Of a stretch of DNA of 64,000 nt, positions 19,158 through 29,749 are shown piece after piece. A model generated the notes under the pieces. That model saw only the letters and a program-made list of their open reading frames with translations, was not told the DNA's origin and searched no databases. Positions within the stretch are counted from its first letter, which is position 1. Every line of letters starts with the position of its first letter. The translations under genes and the position numbers were made by a program. Source of the stretch: an uncultured Thermoleophilia bacterium (GTDB taxonomy: Bacteria > Actinomycetota > Thermoleophilia > UBA2241); NCBI GenBank assembly GCA_963751215.1, contig CAVVTV010000004.1, forward strand, positions 329,226-393,225, written 5' to 3'.

Positions 19158-20212
19158 CGTGTGCCTCCCAGCGCGGCAGGGGCACGGTCGGCGTCCACGT
19201 CTGAGCTCTGTGTAAGGCCCAGGAAGAAGTCTTCGAGACCCTGCTCGCGGGCGGGAATCACGGCGTCGATGCCGATGTTCTCCGCGACCAGGGCACGCAC
19301 CATCTCGCGCACGGTGCCGTCGCTGGCCTCGACGATCAGGTACTCCTCGTCGACGCACACCTTCTGCGCTCCCACGAGGGCGGCCATCACGGCATGGGCC
19401 CTGGTCTGGTCGTCGGTCAACAGCTTGACCGACGAGTGCTCCGGATGCAGCTCGCTCACCGGTCCCTCGATCACCACGCGGCCCTTGTTGATGATGGCCG
19501 CACGGTTACAGACTTGCTCGACCTCGTGCAGCAGATGCGACGAGAGCAGAACCGTGGTGCCGCCGATGCCCAGCTCGCGGACCAGCTCGCGCACATCTTT
19601 CATGCCCTGCGGGTCCAAGCCGCTCGTAGGTTCGTCCAAGATGACCAGCTCCGGCTTGTTGATCAGCGCGTTGGCGATGCCTAGGCGCTGCTTCATGCCG
19701 TGCGAGTAGTCGCCCACCTTGGAGTCGGCGCGCTCACGCAAGCCGACGACGTCGAGCACCTCGTCGATGCGCTTCTCGTCGACCGCGGCGTTCAGGCTGC
19801 CCATCAGGCGCAGGTTGCGCCGCGCGCTCATATTGCCGTAGAAGGCCGGCACCTCGACGAAGCCGCCCATGTGCGCCAGGGCGGCATCCTTGTCGCGCGG
19901 CACCTGGTGGTCGAGCACGACCGCGTACCCGCTGGTGGGATAGATCAGCCCGACGATCATGCGAATCGTAGTGGTCTTGCCCGCCCCGTTGGGGCCGAGA
20001 AAGCCGAACACATCGCCGCGGCGCACCGTAAGATTGAGGCGGTCGACGGCCACCGTGTTGCCGAACCGCTTGGTCAGATCGTGGGTGGCCAGCACGATCG
20101 GCGGCTCGTCGCCGCTGGTCGCCGGCGACCCATGTTGGTCGGCGCCGGGGACGAGCTCAGGGTTGAGATCGGGCGCCGGCTGCCCAGCGCTTCGATCCGC
20201 TGACATCGTCAT
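19154..20212 (-). CDS. ABC exporter ATP-binding protein
   Basis: GPNGAGKT, YSHGMKQRL, LDEP, SSH. Confidence 0.93.
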   Translation of the reverse strand: MTMSADRSAGQPAPDLNPELVPGADQHGSPATSGDEPPIVLATHDLTKRFGNTVAVDRLNLTVRRGDVFGFLGPNGAGKTTTIRMIVGLIYPTSGYAVVLDHQVPRDKDAALAHMGGFVEVPAFYGNMSARRNLRLMGSLNAAVDEKRIDEVLDVVGLRERADSKVGDYSHGMKQRLGIANALINKPELVILDEPTSGLDPQGMKDVRELVRELGIGGTTVLLSSHLLHEVEQVCNRAAIINKGRVVIEGPVSELHPEHSSVKLLTDDQTRAHAVMAALVGAQKVCVDEEYLIVEASDGTVREMVRALVAENIGIDAVIPAREQGLEDFFLGLTQSSDVDADRAPAALGGTR

Positions 20213-20325
20213 TAGGCGTTTCCTCTCGTTTGCAGCGCGGCGCTAAGGCCGCAGGATATACGGTCCGTCACTGCACCATACCCGTTCATCCATAAGGATG
20301 GTGTAAAGAGGTGTGACGGCACTGT

Positions 20326-20799
20326 TTAGCTGTAGCGCGCCACGGCCATGGTGCCCAAGGCGAGCACGAGGAGGGCCAGGGCGATCAGGCGAAGAGGGCC
20401 TTCCTGCAGAATACGCGGGGGCGTGCGTGCCGGGCTCGCCACCTCACCGCGACGCCGCTCGTCCCTTCTCAGCAGCGACTCCACGACCACGGCGATGACG
20501 ACCGCCGCCACCGAGGCGAGCGCCCCGACGACCAGGGAGACTCCCCAGCGCGAGTGTGCCAGCGGTCCCGGGTGCGTGGTATGCAGCTCGACCATCATCG
20601 CCAGGCCGCTGACGATCGTGGCGAGAGCGCTCACCATGAGCAGAGGTGTCATGGTCGCCCTCAGCGACCTCTTCAGAGCGACGGCCTGCGACGCGTCGAC
20701 AGCGCGCAGCTTAGGGAGCACGAGCACAACGTAGAAGAAGGCGCTGCCCAGCCAGATCGTCGCGAATATGAGGTGCACCACGGCAACGGTGATCTTCAT
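20326..20799 (-). CDS. 4-TM membrane protein (CopD/DUF4149-like)
   Basis: GAGGAGG upstream; VHLIFATIWLGS and hydrophobic helices. Confidence 0.65.
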   Translation of the reverse strand: MKITVAVVHLIFATIWLGSAFFYVVLVLPKLRAVDASQAVALKRSLRATMTPLLMVSALATIVSGLAMMVELHTTHPGPLAHSRWGVSLVVGALASVAAVVIAVVVESLLRRDERRRGEVASPARTPPRILQEGPLRLIALALLVLALGTMAVARYS

Positions 20800-21057
20800 C
20801 GGCAGGAGCCTCCTCGGACGCCGGGTTTTGGCAATGATACCCGAGCTAGGGGCGCCGCGCGCGAGGTGCTCGCACCAGACCGGCGTTCCGCAACGGGGCG
20901 CGGCGGAACTACCCACGATGTGCGCACGGCTTCACGGCAAGCCAACCGCGCTTCACACAAACGCAGCATCACCGCACGACGATGGCGTCGGTTAGGTTTT
21001 TCGAGGACGGTCGCGCCTGTGCCGCTCCTCGGGCAGGCCACTCGAAGTGAGGTGCAC

Positions 21058-21285
21058 ATGAGCCAGGCTCTCTATACCAAGGAGCAGATACTCGACGCGG
21101 AACGCGTGTCCTGGGCGCGGCCCCGTAACGCTGAGGTGCGGTACTCATACGATGGCATCAGCTTCTGGCGCCACCGGCAAGGCGGCGTCCGCACGCTCAC
21201 GCACGCCGAGGAGGTCCCGGCCAGCGGCTGGCGGCACCGCGAGGGCTGCAACTGCAAGCTCTGCCGGGAGGCCTACACGCGGTAG
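21058..21285 (+). CDS. Hypothetical 75-aa protein with C-terminal HxxxCxCxxC motif
   Basis: GAGGTG RBS; MSQALYTKEQ...WRHREGCNCKLC. Confidence 0.65.
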   Translation: MSQALYTKEQILDAERVSWARPRNAEVRYSYDGISFWRHRQGGVRTLTHAEEVPASGWRHREGCNCKLCREAYTR

Positions 21286-21362
21286 GGTGGCGCCCACCAG
21301 CGGTGTCGCGGCAATCACCGCTTGTTCTGGCGGGCGATACGGGCTACGATGCGTGATGGACA

Positions 21363-21380
21363 TTGTGATCTGATTCACGG
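21363..21380. promoter_or_regulatory. Rex- or CRP/FNR-like operator upstream of TM1266-hydG
   Basis: TTGTGATCTGATTCACGG fits TTGTGAA-N4-TTCACAA and TGTGA-N6-TCACA with few mismatches. Confidence 0.55.
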
Positions 21381-21390
21381 GAGCTTTCCG

Positions 21391-21678
21391 GTGGAAAAGA
21401 GGCTCGGTACTATCTCCATCATCGTGGCACGACAGATCGCTCCGGTGCCTACCGTCAATGAGCTGATCTCGGGGTTCGGCGACGGCATCATCGGACGGCT
21501 CGGACTGCCGTATCCCGAACGCGGCGTGAACATCATCACGCTGATCACCGACTCTTCCGTCGAGCGCCTCAGCGCGCTCACCGGCAAGCTGGGCAAGCTC
21601 CCCGGTGTGCAGGTCAAGTCCATGATGGCCAAGCCCCCCGCAGAAGGAGTCACCCAGCATGATTCGCCCGAACAGTGA
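21391..21678 (+). CDS. TM1266-family [FeFe]-hydrogenase system putative regulator
   Basis: KRLGTISIIV...IIGRLGLPY...LTGKLGKLPGVQVKS; overlaps hydG. Confidence 0.85.
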   Translation: MEKRLGTISIIVARQIAPVPTVNELISGFGDGIIGRLGLPYPERGVNIITLITDSSVERLSALTGKLGKLPGVQVKSMMAKPPAEGVTQHDSPEQ

Positions 21679-23065
21679 AGGCCTGACCGACTTCATCCCC
21701 GCCGACCGCTTCGAGGAGCTGCTGCGCCGCCCGCCGGCGCTGGCGGGCGAGGTCCGCGACGTGCTCGCCAAGTCGGCCGCCAAGAAGCGCCTGGAGCTGC
21801 CCGAGATGGCCGCCCTGCTCTCGGTCGATGAGCCTTCGCTGCTCGAGGAGCTGTTCGCGACCGCCCGCGATCTCAAGAAGGAGGTGTACGGCAACCGCAT
21901 CGTCTTGTTCGCCCCGCTCTACGTGGGCAACAAGTGCACCAACTCCTGCGCGTATTGTGGCTTTCGCGCCGAGAACGCCAAGGTAACGCGACGCACCCTC
22001 TCCAACGAGGAGCTGCGCGCCGAGGTGCTGGCCCTGATCGGCAAGGGCCACAAACGCCTGGTGATCGACTACGGCGAGCATCCCGACTACTCGGCCGAGG
22101 TGATCGCCCGCGCCGTTGAGCTCATCTACGCCACCAAGTCGGGCAATGGCGAGATCCGCCGTGTCAACGTCAACTGTGCTCCGCTGGACGTAGAGGGCTA
22201 CCGCATGATGAAAGCGGTAGGCATCGGCACCTACCAGATCTTTCAGGAGACGTACCACCGGGCCACTTATGCGGCCATGCATCCGAGGGGCAACAAGGCC
22301 GATTTCCTCTGGCGCCTGTACGGCCAGGACCGCGCCATGGAAGGAGGCTGCGACGACGTCGGTCTGGGCGCCCTCTTCGGCCTCTACGACTGGCGTTTCG
22401 AGGCGCTCGGGCTGCTGGCCCACGCCATTCACCTCGAGAACAGCTACGGCGTGGGGCCACACACGTTCTCGTTTCCGCGCATCAAGGACGCGAGCAACCG
22501 GGCACTCGATCCGCAGTACGCCCTGAGCGACCGCGACTTCAAGCGACTGATCGCAGTCTTGCGCCTCTCGGTGCCCTACACCGGTATGATCCTTACGGCT
22601 CGCGAGCCGGCGAGGCTGCGCCGCGAGCTCATCGAGTTCGGCTGCTCGCAGATCGACGGTGGCACGCACATCGAGATCGGCGGCTACAGCCAGAGTGACG
22701 GTGAGCAGGATCTCGACCGCGAGCAGTTTCGCATCGGCGACGAGCGACCGCTGGACGAGATCGTCGGCGAGCTGCTCGACATGGGCGAGATTCCGTCGTG
22801 GTGCACGGCCTGCTATCGCAAGGGACGCACTGGCGAGCACTTCATGGAGTTCGCCATCCCCGGCTTCATCAAGCGCTTCTGCACGCCCAACGCCCTGCTC
22901 ACGCTGAGCGAGTACCTGTGCGACTACGCCTCGGACGAGGTCGCGGCGAAGGGCCGGCGGCTGGTCGCCGACGAGCTCTCCGGACTGCCCGAGAGTGACG
23001 CCAAGAGTGTGCTCGTCGAGCGTCTCGCGGCGATCGAGCACGGCCGGCGCGATCTCTACTTCTAG
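21659..23065 (+). CDS. hydG: [FeFe]-hydrogenase H-cluster radical SAM maturase
   Basis: CTNSCAYC, FQETYH, GPHTFSFPR and the C-terminal CX2CX22C motif (CTAC...FCTPNA). Confidence 0.92.
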   Translation: MIRPNSEGLTDFIPADRFEELLRRPPALAGEVRDVLAKSAAKKRLELPEMAALLSVDEPSLLEELFATARDLKKEVYGNRIVLFAPLYVGNKCTNSCAYCGFRAENAKVTRRTLSNEELRAEVLALIGKGHKRLVIDYGEHPDYSAEVIARAVELIYATKSGNGEIRRVNVNCAPLDVEGYRMMKAVGIGTYQIFQETYHRATYAAMHPRGNKADFLWRLYGQDRAMEGGCDDVGLGALFGLYDWRFEALGLLAHAIHLENSYGVGPHTFSFPRIKDASNRALDPQYALSDRDFKRLIAVLRLSVPYTGMILTAREPARLRRELIEFGCSQIDGGTHIEIGGYSQSDGEQDLDREQFRIGDERPLDEIVGELLDMGEIPSWCTACYRKGRTGEHFMEFAIPGFIKRFCTPNALLTLSEYLCDYASDEVAAKGRRLVADELSGLPESDAKSVLVERLAAIEHGRRDLYF

Positions 23066-23106
23066 GCGACCCGCAGGGTCGCTGCGGCCACCGGAGCGGA
23101 CGGCCT

Positions 23107-24201
23107 TCAGCGCATCCAGGATATCTTGCGGATAGTGTTGTCGTCGTGATCGGCGACGTAGAGGTTGCCGGCTGAATCGCGGGCAATGCCCCAGGGCCCG
23201 TCGAGGCTCGCCGCCGCGTCGCCGACGGCGAGCGCCGCGGCGCTCGGCTGGCCAACGAGCGTGGTGACCAGCGCGGCGGGCGTGATCTTGCGAATGGTAT
23301 TGTCGAGAGCGTCGGTGACGTAGAGGTTGCCGGCCGCGTCGCAGGCGATGCCGGCGGGGCCGTTGAAGGTCGCTGCCGCGCCGCGGCCGTCGGCGCCGCC
23401 CGGTGTGCCGGCCTGACCGGCCAGGGTGGTAACCGCACCCTCGGGCGTGATCTTGCGAATGGTGTAGTTGGCCGTGTCGGCGACGTAGAGGTTGCCGCCC
23501 GCATCGCAGGCGATGCCATAGGGCTGGTTGAAACGCGCCGCGGCGCCGCGGCCGTCGGCGCTGCCGGGTAAGCCGGCCGCGCCGGCCAGGGTCGAGACCA
23601 CTCCGCCGGCAGTGATCTTGCGGATGGTGTCGTTCAGCGTGTCGGCGACGTAGAGGTTGCCGGCCGCGTCGCAGGCGATGCCGGACGGTGCCGCAAAGCG
23701 CGCCGCGGGGCCGCGCCCGTCGGCGCTGCCCTGCGTGCCGGGCTGGCCGGCCAGGGTGCTGACTACTCCCTCGGGCGAAATCATGCGTACAGCGTTGTTG
23801 AGGGTGTCGGCCACATACAGGTTGCCGGCGGCGTCGCAAGCCACGGCGGATGGGTAGTGAAAGCGCGCCGCGGGGCCGCGGCCGTCGGCGCTGCCGGGCG
23901 AGTCGGCCGCGCCGGCCAGCGTGGTCACGACTCCTGCCGGCGTGATCTCTCGAATGGTGTCGTGCAGAGTGTCGGTGACGTAGAGGTTGCCGGCGGCGTC
24001 GCGGACCATGCCGGCGGGCCCCTTGAAACGTGCCCCACCGGCGCGACCTGCGGCGTGAGGCCCGGCGGCGACGGTGATCAGCGGAGCACCGGCCGCCGTC
24101 GTTTCGGCCGCGGTCTGCCCCCCACCGCACGCCACCACCACGGCGGCGAGCACCGTAAGAACGAGAACGGTTGCGAGCGGCGCGCCCGGCCGTGCCTTCA
24201 T
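23107..24201 (-). CDS. NHL-repeat beta-propeller lipoprotein
   Basis: Lipobox VVAC; six GNLYV(A/T)D..N.TIRKIT repeats of about 56 aa. Confidence 0.88.
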   Translation of the reverse strand: MKARPGAPLATVLVLTVLAAVVVACGGGQTAAETTAAGAPLITVAAGPHAAGRAGGARFKGPAGMVRDAAGNLYVTDTLHDTIREITPAGVVTTLAGAADSPGSADGRGPAARFHYPSAVACDAAGNLYVADTLNNAVRMISPEGVVSTLAGQPGTQGSADGRGPAARFAAPSGIACDAAGNLYVADTLNDTIRKITAGGVVSTLAGAAGLPGSADGRGAAARFNQPYGIACDAGGNLYVADTANYTIRKITPEGAVTTLAGQAGTPGGADGRGAAATFNGPAGIACDAAGNLYVTDALDNTIRKITPAALVTTLVGQPSAAALAVGDAAASLDGPWGIARDSAGNLYVADHDDNTIRKISWMR

Positions 24202-24286
24202 GCGGACTCCTAGTCGCCGACCTGCCGCATGCTAGCACGCCTGGTTCGACGACGAGTCAGAAGGCGGCAGCCGGTGTGCCCACGGC

Positions 24287-25711
24287 TCAGCCGGCGACGG
24301 TCCGCCGGTAGTCGGCGATCACGCCGTCGATGTGCTGCTGGAGATCTGCCGACAGCGGCACGACGTCGTGCGTGGCGATCAATTCGCGCGCCCGTTCGCT
24401 GGCTTCACGCACCAGGGGACGTCGCTCGTAGGCCGCCCAAGCTTCGCGCTGAAAGACCCTGGGCCACCAGATCTCGCCCGCCCGGTGCCGTTCGCGGGTG
24501 CTCTTGCGTCCCAGAAAGTGCCCACCTATCCCGACCGCGGCGATGTCGTCGAAGAGCGCCGTGGCCTCGTCGATCCGGCTGGGGCGCATGAAGCGCTCGA
24601 TCATGCCCACGGAGTCGCAATCGAGCACCATCTTGGCGAAGCTCACGGTCTCGGCGCCGTCCAGGAGGCCGAAGGCGAGCAGGCTGTCGGCGCCCGACAA
24701 AGCGCAGGCCATGCCCGTGAGCATGCCCTCGGAGCCGGCCTGGAAGTTGGTGCCCTTGGCGTCGCCGCTGATGGCGCTGGCGGTGACGGGCAAGCCGTAG
24801 TGGTGGCTCATCTCCGTGCAGATCGCATTGATGAGCCCCACCTCGGGAGTCGCGCACAAGTAGGCGCCGCTGCGCAGGTTGGCGACCGCCGAGCCGATGC
24901 CCGAGATGAGGCCGCAGCCGGGTTGCGCGAGCTGAAAGAGCACAACCGCCGAGAGCAGCTCCGCCATATTGACGATGCACGAACCGAGCACCGTCATCGG
25001 TCCCGTGGTGCCTGTGAGGGCCATGGGCAGGATGAGCACCGGCACACCGGCCTTGACCAGCTCCATGGTCGCCTCGGTCATCTCGCGCTCATGCATCAGC
25101 GGCGCCACCGTGCAGTTGATGGTGCTGAAGATAGGCCGCTCCCAGAGTGCTGCGCCGGCCACGGCCTCGAAGATCTCGAGCAGCGGCTTCACGTGGGCTA
25201 CCTCGCGCACCTCGTCCTGCAGGTGCTTGCTGCAGTTGCGCAGGGCGATGCCCTCGATCTCGAGGCCGGCGGTCAGCGGATCGAGATCGCGCGCCGAGAT
25301 GGGCGGCCAGGTGTAGTCGACCTCAGGCAGCGCGTCGAGGAGGCGCATGGCTCGGCGCATATCTTCGGCCGTGCCCTCGGTGCGCAGCCCGGTCAGGTCG
25401 TCGTACATGAACGTGCCGGTGCCGTCACTGCAGAAGAGCAGCGAGCCATCGCCGAGCACGCGGTCGTACCGCGGATCGCGGGCTGCCAGCCTGATCTGCC
25501 GCGGGCAGGTTGCCAGGCAGCGCTCCACGAGCTCCCACGGGAGCGTCGCGCGCAGCCGTTCGCGATCCACCCTGGCGCCGGCCTCCTCGAGCAGGTCTAT
25601 GGCCAGGGGTGAGTTGTAGCCGATGCCGACCTCGGCAAGGACCCGCGCCGTCTGCTCGTGAATGAACTCACGCTCGGCCGCGCTCAGATAGTGCATGCTC
25701 GGTCGTGCCAC
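24287..25711 (-). CDS. MttB-superfamily (trimethylamine/glycine betaine) corrinoid methyltransferase, non-pyrrolysine
   Basis: HEQTARVLAEVG, GTTGPMTVLG, GDAK...QAGSE, VGIGGHFLG; no in-frame TAG. Confidence 0.88.
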   Translation of the reverse strand: MARPSMHYLSAAEREFIHEQTARVLAEVGIGYNSPLAIDLLEEAGARVDRERLRATLPWELVERCLATCPRQIRLAARDPRYDRVLGDGSLLFCSDGTGTFMYDDLTGLRTEGTAEDMRRAMRLLDALPEVDYTWPPISARDLDPLTAGLEIEGIALRNCSKHLQDEVREVAHVKPLLEIFEAVAGAALWERPIFSTINCTVAPLMHEREMTEATMELVKAGVPVLILPMALTGTTGPMTVLGSCIVNMAELLSAVVLFQLAQPGCGLISGIGSAVANLRSGAYLCATPEVGLINAICTEMSHHYGLPVTASAISGDAKGTNFQAGSEGMLTGMACALSGADSLLAFGLLDGAETVSFAKMVLDCDSVGMIERFMRPSRIDEATALFDDIAAVGIGGHFLGRKSTRERHRAGEIWWPRVFQREAWAAYERRPLVREASERARELIATHDVVPLSADLQQHIDGVIADYRRTVAG

Positions 25712-25762
25712 TTCGACCTCCCGCCTCCGACCATTCCACGAAATCTCGCTCCGTCCCCGCGT

Positions 25763-25792
25763 AAACTAGGCACAGGTGCCCATCGTCGTCAA
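25763..25792 (-). promoter_or_regulatory. Principal-sigma promoter for the MttB gene
   Basis: TTGACG-N18-TAGTTT on the minus strand. Confidence 0.5.
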
Positions 25793-26018
25793 CGCCGATC
25801 AGCCGGGCGCCGCTCGAGCTGACCCTCACCCTGCCCCGGCCGGCAGAGGCCGGGGAGGCCGGGCTCTGCGAGCTGGCAGCAGCCGTCGCTGCGAGCCTGG
25901 CGCACCCACAGAGACCTCGGTTGGATCAAGGGGCGCTATACTGACGAGGATTCCACGAATGGTGCCGCGGTCGGCGCTGCCCGACAGCCCGGTCGCGCGA
26001 TGCAAGGAGCGCCCAACA

Positions 26019-26135
26019 ATGATCGCTGCTGCGCACGTGAACGTGCACTACTTGGCCATCTTGCTGCTGCCGTCGGTGGCCGCCGTCGTCATTGTGGCGG
26101 TGACGTGGCGCATGCGGATCACGCGCCGGCGCTAG
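26019..26135 (+). CDS. Putative 38-aa single-TM small protein
   Basis: AAGGAG RBS; MIAAAHVNVHYLAILLLPSVAAVVIVAVTWRMRITRRR. Confidence 0.55.
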   Translation: MIAAAHVNVHYLAILLLPSVAAVVIVAVTWRMRITRRR

Positions 26136-26186
26136 TGAGGGGTGCACCTTCGGCGCCCCCCTCGTTAGCCCGCCCGCGGTGGCTAG
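26136..26186. repeat. 51-nt double-hairpin REP/MITE-like element, diverged copy
   Basis: Aligns without gaps to 53309-53359 and 58790-58840; preceded by and ending in CTAG. Confidence 0.75.
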
Positions 26187-26211
26187 CCCCGCAGCGAGGC
26201 TGCCCCGCTCC

Positions 26212-27300
26212 TCACTCCCCGATCCTCAAGCAGGCGGCGTAGTGGTCCCCGGCGATCTGCACGTCGGCGGGGTCGGTCTCGGAGCAGGCCGCGATGGCCT
26301 CCGGGCATCTCGGGTGAAAGCGGCAACCCGAGGGGATGTCGACCGGGTTCGGGGTCTCGCCCTTCAAGATCACGTGCTCCCGCTTGGCCAGCGGGTCGGG
26401 CACCGGGATCACGCTGATCAGCGCCTTGGTGTAGGGGTGCCGGGGGTGGGCGACGACCTCCTCGGTCTCGCCGATCTCGACGATCCGTCCCAGGTACATC
26501 ACGGCGATGCGATCGCTGATCACCCAGGCGAGCGAGAGGTCGTGCGTGATGAAGATGTAGGTGACGCCGAGGCGCTCCTTCTGCTCGACCATGAGCTTCA
26601 AGATGTCGTTGCGGATCGAGACGTCGAGGGTGGCCACCGGCTCGTCGGCGACGATCACGTCGGGTGAGAGCACCGTGGCGCCGGCGATGCAGACGCGCTG
26701 CCGCTGCCCGCCGGAGAGCTCGTGCGGGTAGCGGTAGAGATACTCGGTGGCGGGCCGCAGGCCGGCCTCGCTGATCGCCTTGATGACGCGCTCCTCCTTC
26801 TCGCGCTCGCTGGCGCAGAGGCCATTGACCTCGAGCGGCTCGGCGACGATGTCGAAGATCGTCTGCTTGGGGTTGATCGAGTTGTAGGGGTCCTGGAAGA
26901 TGATCTGCGCCTTCTTGCGGTACTCGTGGAGCGTCTTCTGCGTGAAGCGCTCCACGGGCAGGCCCTTGTAGAGGATGTGGCCGCCGGTGGGCTCTTCGAG
27001 GCGCAAGAGGGTGCGCCCGGTGGTCGTCTTGCCGCAACCGCTCTCGCCGACCAGGGCGAGGATCTCGCCCTGGCGGACCTGGAAGGAGATGCCGTCGACG
27101 GCGCGCACGAACTTCTTCTCGGAGGAGACCAGGCCGCGGAAGAAGCCCTGCTGGATGGGGAAGTGCACCTCGAGCGCGCGGATATCGAAGAGCACGCCGT
27201 CGGTGATCTGGGCCGCGGCGAGGTCGCGGACGGCGACCTTGCCCTTCTCGTAGGTGGGGCCGGGAGCGCTGCCGGCGGGGGCCTGCTGTGTGGCAGCCAT
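26212..27300 (-). CDS. oppF: Oligopeptide ABC transporter ATP-binding protein
   Basis: [29 protein letters not shown]. Confidence 0.9.
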   Translation of the reverse strand: MAATQQAPAGSAPGPTYEKGKVAVRDLAAAQITDGVLFDIRALEVHFPIQQGFFRGLVSSEKKFVRAVDGISFQVRQGEILALVGESGCGKTTTGRTLLRLEEPTGGHILYKGLPVERFTQKTLHEYRKKAQIIFQDPYNSINPKQTIFDIVAEPLEVNGLCASEREKEERVIKAISEAGLRPATEYLYRYPHELSGGQRQRVCIAGATVLSPDVIVADEPVATLDVSIRNDILKLMVEQKERLGVTYIFITHDLSLAWVISDRIAVMYLGRIVEIGETEEVVAHPRHPYTKALISVIPVPDPLAKREHVILKGETPNPVDIPSGCRFHPRCPEAIAACSETDPADVQIAGDHYAACLRIGE

Positions 27301-27305
27301 CGCTT

Positions 27306-28324
<1,019 letters not shown>

Positions 28325-28328
<4 letters not shown>

Positions 28329-29749
28329 GGTGCGCCCCCTTTCTCACTGTCTGGCCGCTGGCCGTCCCAGGCAGCCCCGGCGGTAGCCAGCGACGGCGTC
28401 TCGCCGGCGGCGCTGAAACGGCTCTCGGTGCCGCTCTCTTCGCGCTTGCGCAGCTTGGGATCGAGAACCTCGTCGAAGGCGGTGCCCATCAAGTTGAAGG
28501 CCAGCACCAGCAGTACCACGGCGATCCCGGGCGCCATCAGGTAGGCGGTCGCCGAGGGCATCTCCGTGCCGCCCGCGTCGAAGACGTGCTCCAGCATGGT
28601 ACCCCAGCTGAAGTTGAGCGGGTCGCCGAGGCCGAGGAACGAGAGCGTGGTCTCGGCGAACACGGCGATCGCCACGGTGAGCACGGCGTTCGCGAAGATC
28701 AGCGGCATGACGTTGGGCAGGATGTGGCGGCGCATGATGTGCAGGTTGCTCGAGCCGACCGCGCGGGCGCGCTCCACGAAGGGTGCCTCCTTCACCGAGA
28801 GCACCCCGGCGCGCACCACCCGGGCGGTGCCCGCCCAGCTCGTGAAGGCGATGACGAGGATGATGATCGCGTAGTTCTGGCCCCAGGCGGCGGCCAGCAC
28901 CATGGCGAAGGGCAGCCAGGGCAGCACCAGAAAGACGTCGACGACGCGCATCCCGAGCTCGCCGATCCAGCTGCCGTAGTAGCCCGTGAAGACGCCCGCC
29001 CCAGCGCCCACAACGGTCGTGATGACGGTGGCCAGAAGGCCCACGAAGAGCGAGATGCGGCTGCTCCACACGAACTCGGCGAGCACCGAGAGGCCCTGCT
29101 CGTCGCTGCCGAACCACAGCAGGTAGCTGTGCAGGCTGGGGGCGGCGAAGCCGGTCTGCGAGACTTGCGCGTTGGGCGCCAGCCAGGCGTGGTTTACGAG
29201 GAATGGGGCGAGCAGCGCGAGCGCGGCGAAGAAGAGCAGGATACCGAGCCCCAAAAGGCCCTGCCAGCTGCCGCGAAAGAGACGCCAGATCTCGCGAATG
29301 TTCCAGATCGCCAGCTCGGTGCGCTCGGGGTGCTCGGCGGCCCAGCTCCAGACGAGCAGCGCGACGAGCACCACGAGCACGCTCTGCAAGAGCCAGGAGA
29401 AGCTGCTCCCGCGGCCCCCCAGGCTGAGCTGTGTGAAGCCCATCTGGGCCGCTGCCCAGAGGCCGGCCACGGCAGCCATCGCAAAGAGCACGAAGGGCAC
29501 GCGCGAGCTGCGCTCCTGGCTGCGGCGCTGCAACAGCCCGGCGACCAGGAGCACGAGGGCACCGAGCCACAGCGTCCAGGCGGGGTAGCTGGCGATGCGC
29601 TTGTCGACAAAGCCGCCGAGGACGTGCGTGAGGCCGCTCGAGACGGGCCGGTCCTTGGGGAACATGATGAGCTCGAGCACGATCCAGGCGACGACGCTCC
29701 AGACCACGATCCAGCGTTTGAGACGGGAGGGAATCGCGCCCTGGTTCAT
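28325..29749 (-). CDS. oppC: Oligopeptide ABC permease with an extra N-terminal membrane extension
   Basis: FGSDEQG, FVERARAVG, HILPN, LSFLGLG. Confidence 0.88.

Noticed and set aside
21659-23065. Alternative call as thiH
   Set aside because: The C-terminal CX2CX22C motif and the TM1266 neighbour indicate HydG
23107-24000. Regular repeats of about 168 nt that could suggest a CRISPR or tandem array
   Set aside because: They are in-frame NHL protein repeats with synonymous variation and no unique spacers
21650-24238. 862-aa minus-strand ORF and other long overlapping ORFs (e.g. 34960-36876, 15139-16950)
   Set aside because: Shadow frames of real genes in high-GC DNA; Arg/Ala/Pro-rich with no motifs. 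Only the last ~70 aa of 15139-16950 look real
24287-25711. Possible pyrrolysine recoding in the MttB gene
   Set aside because: The ORF is continuous without an in-frame TAG, and no pyl genes are present
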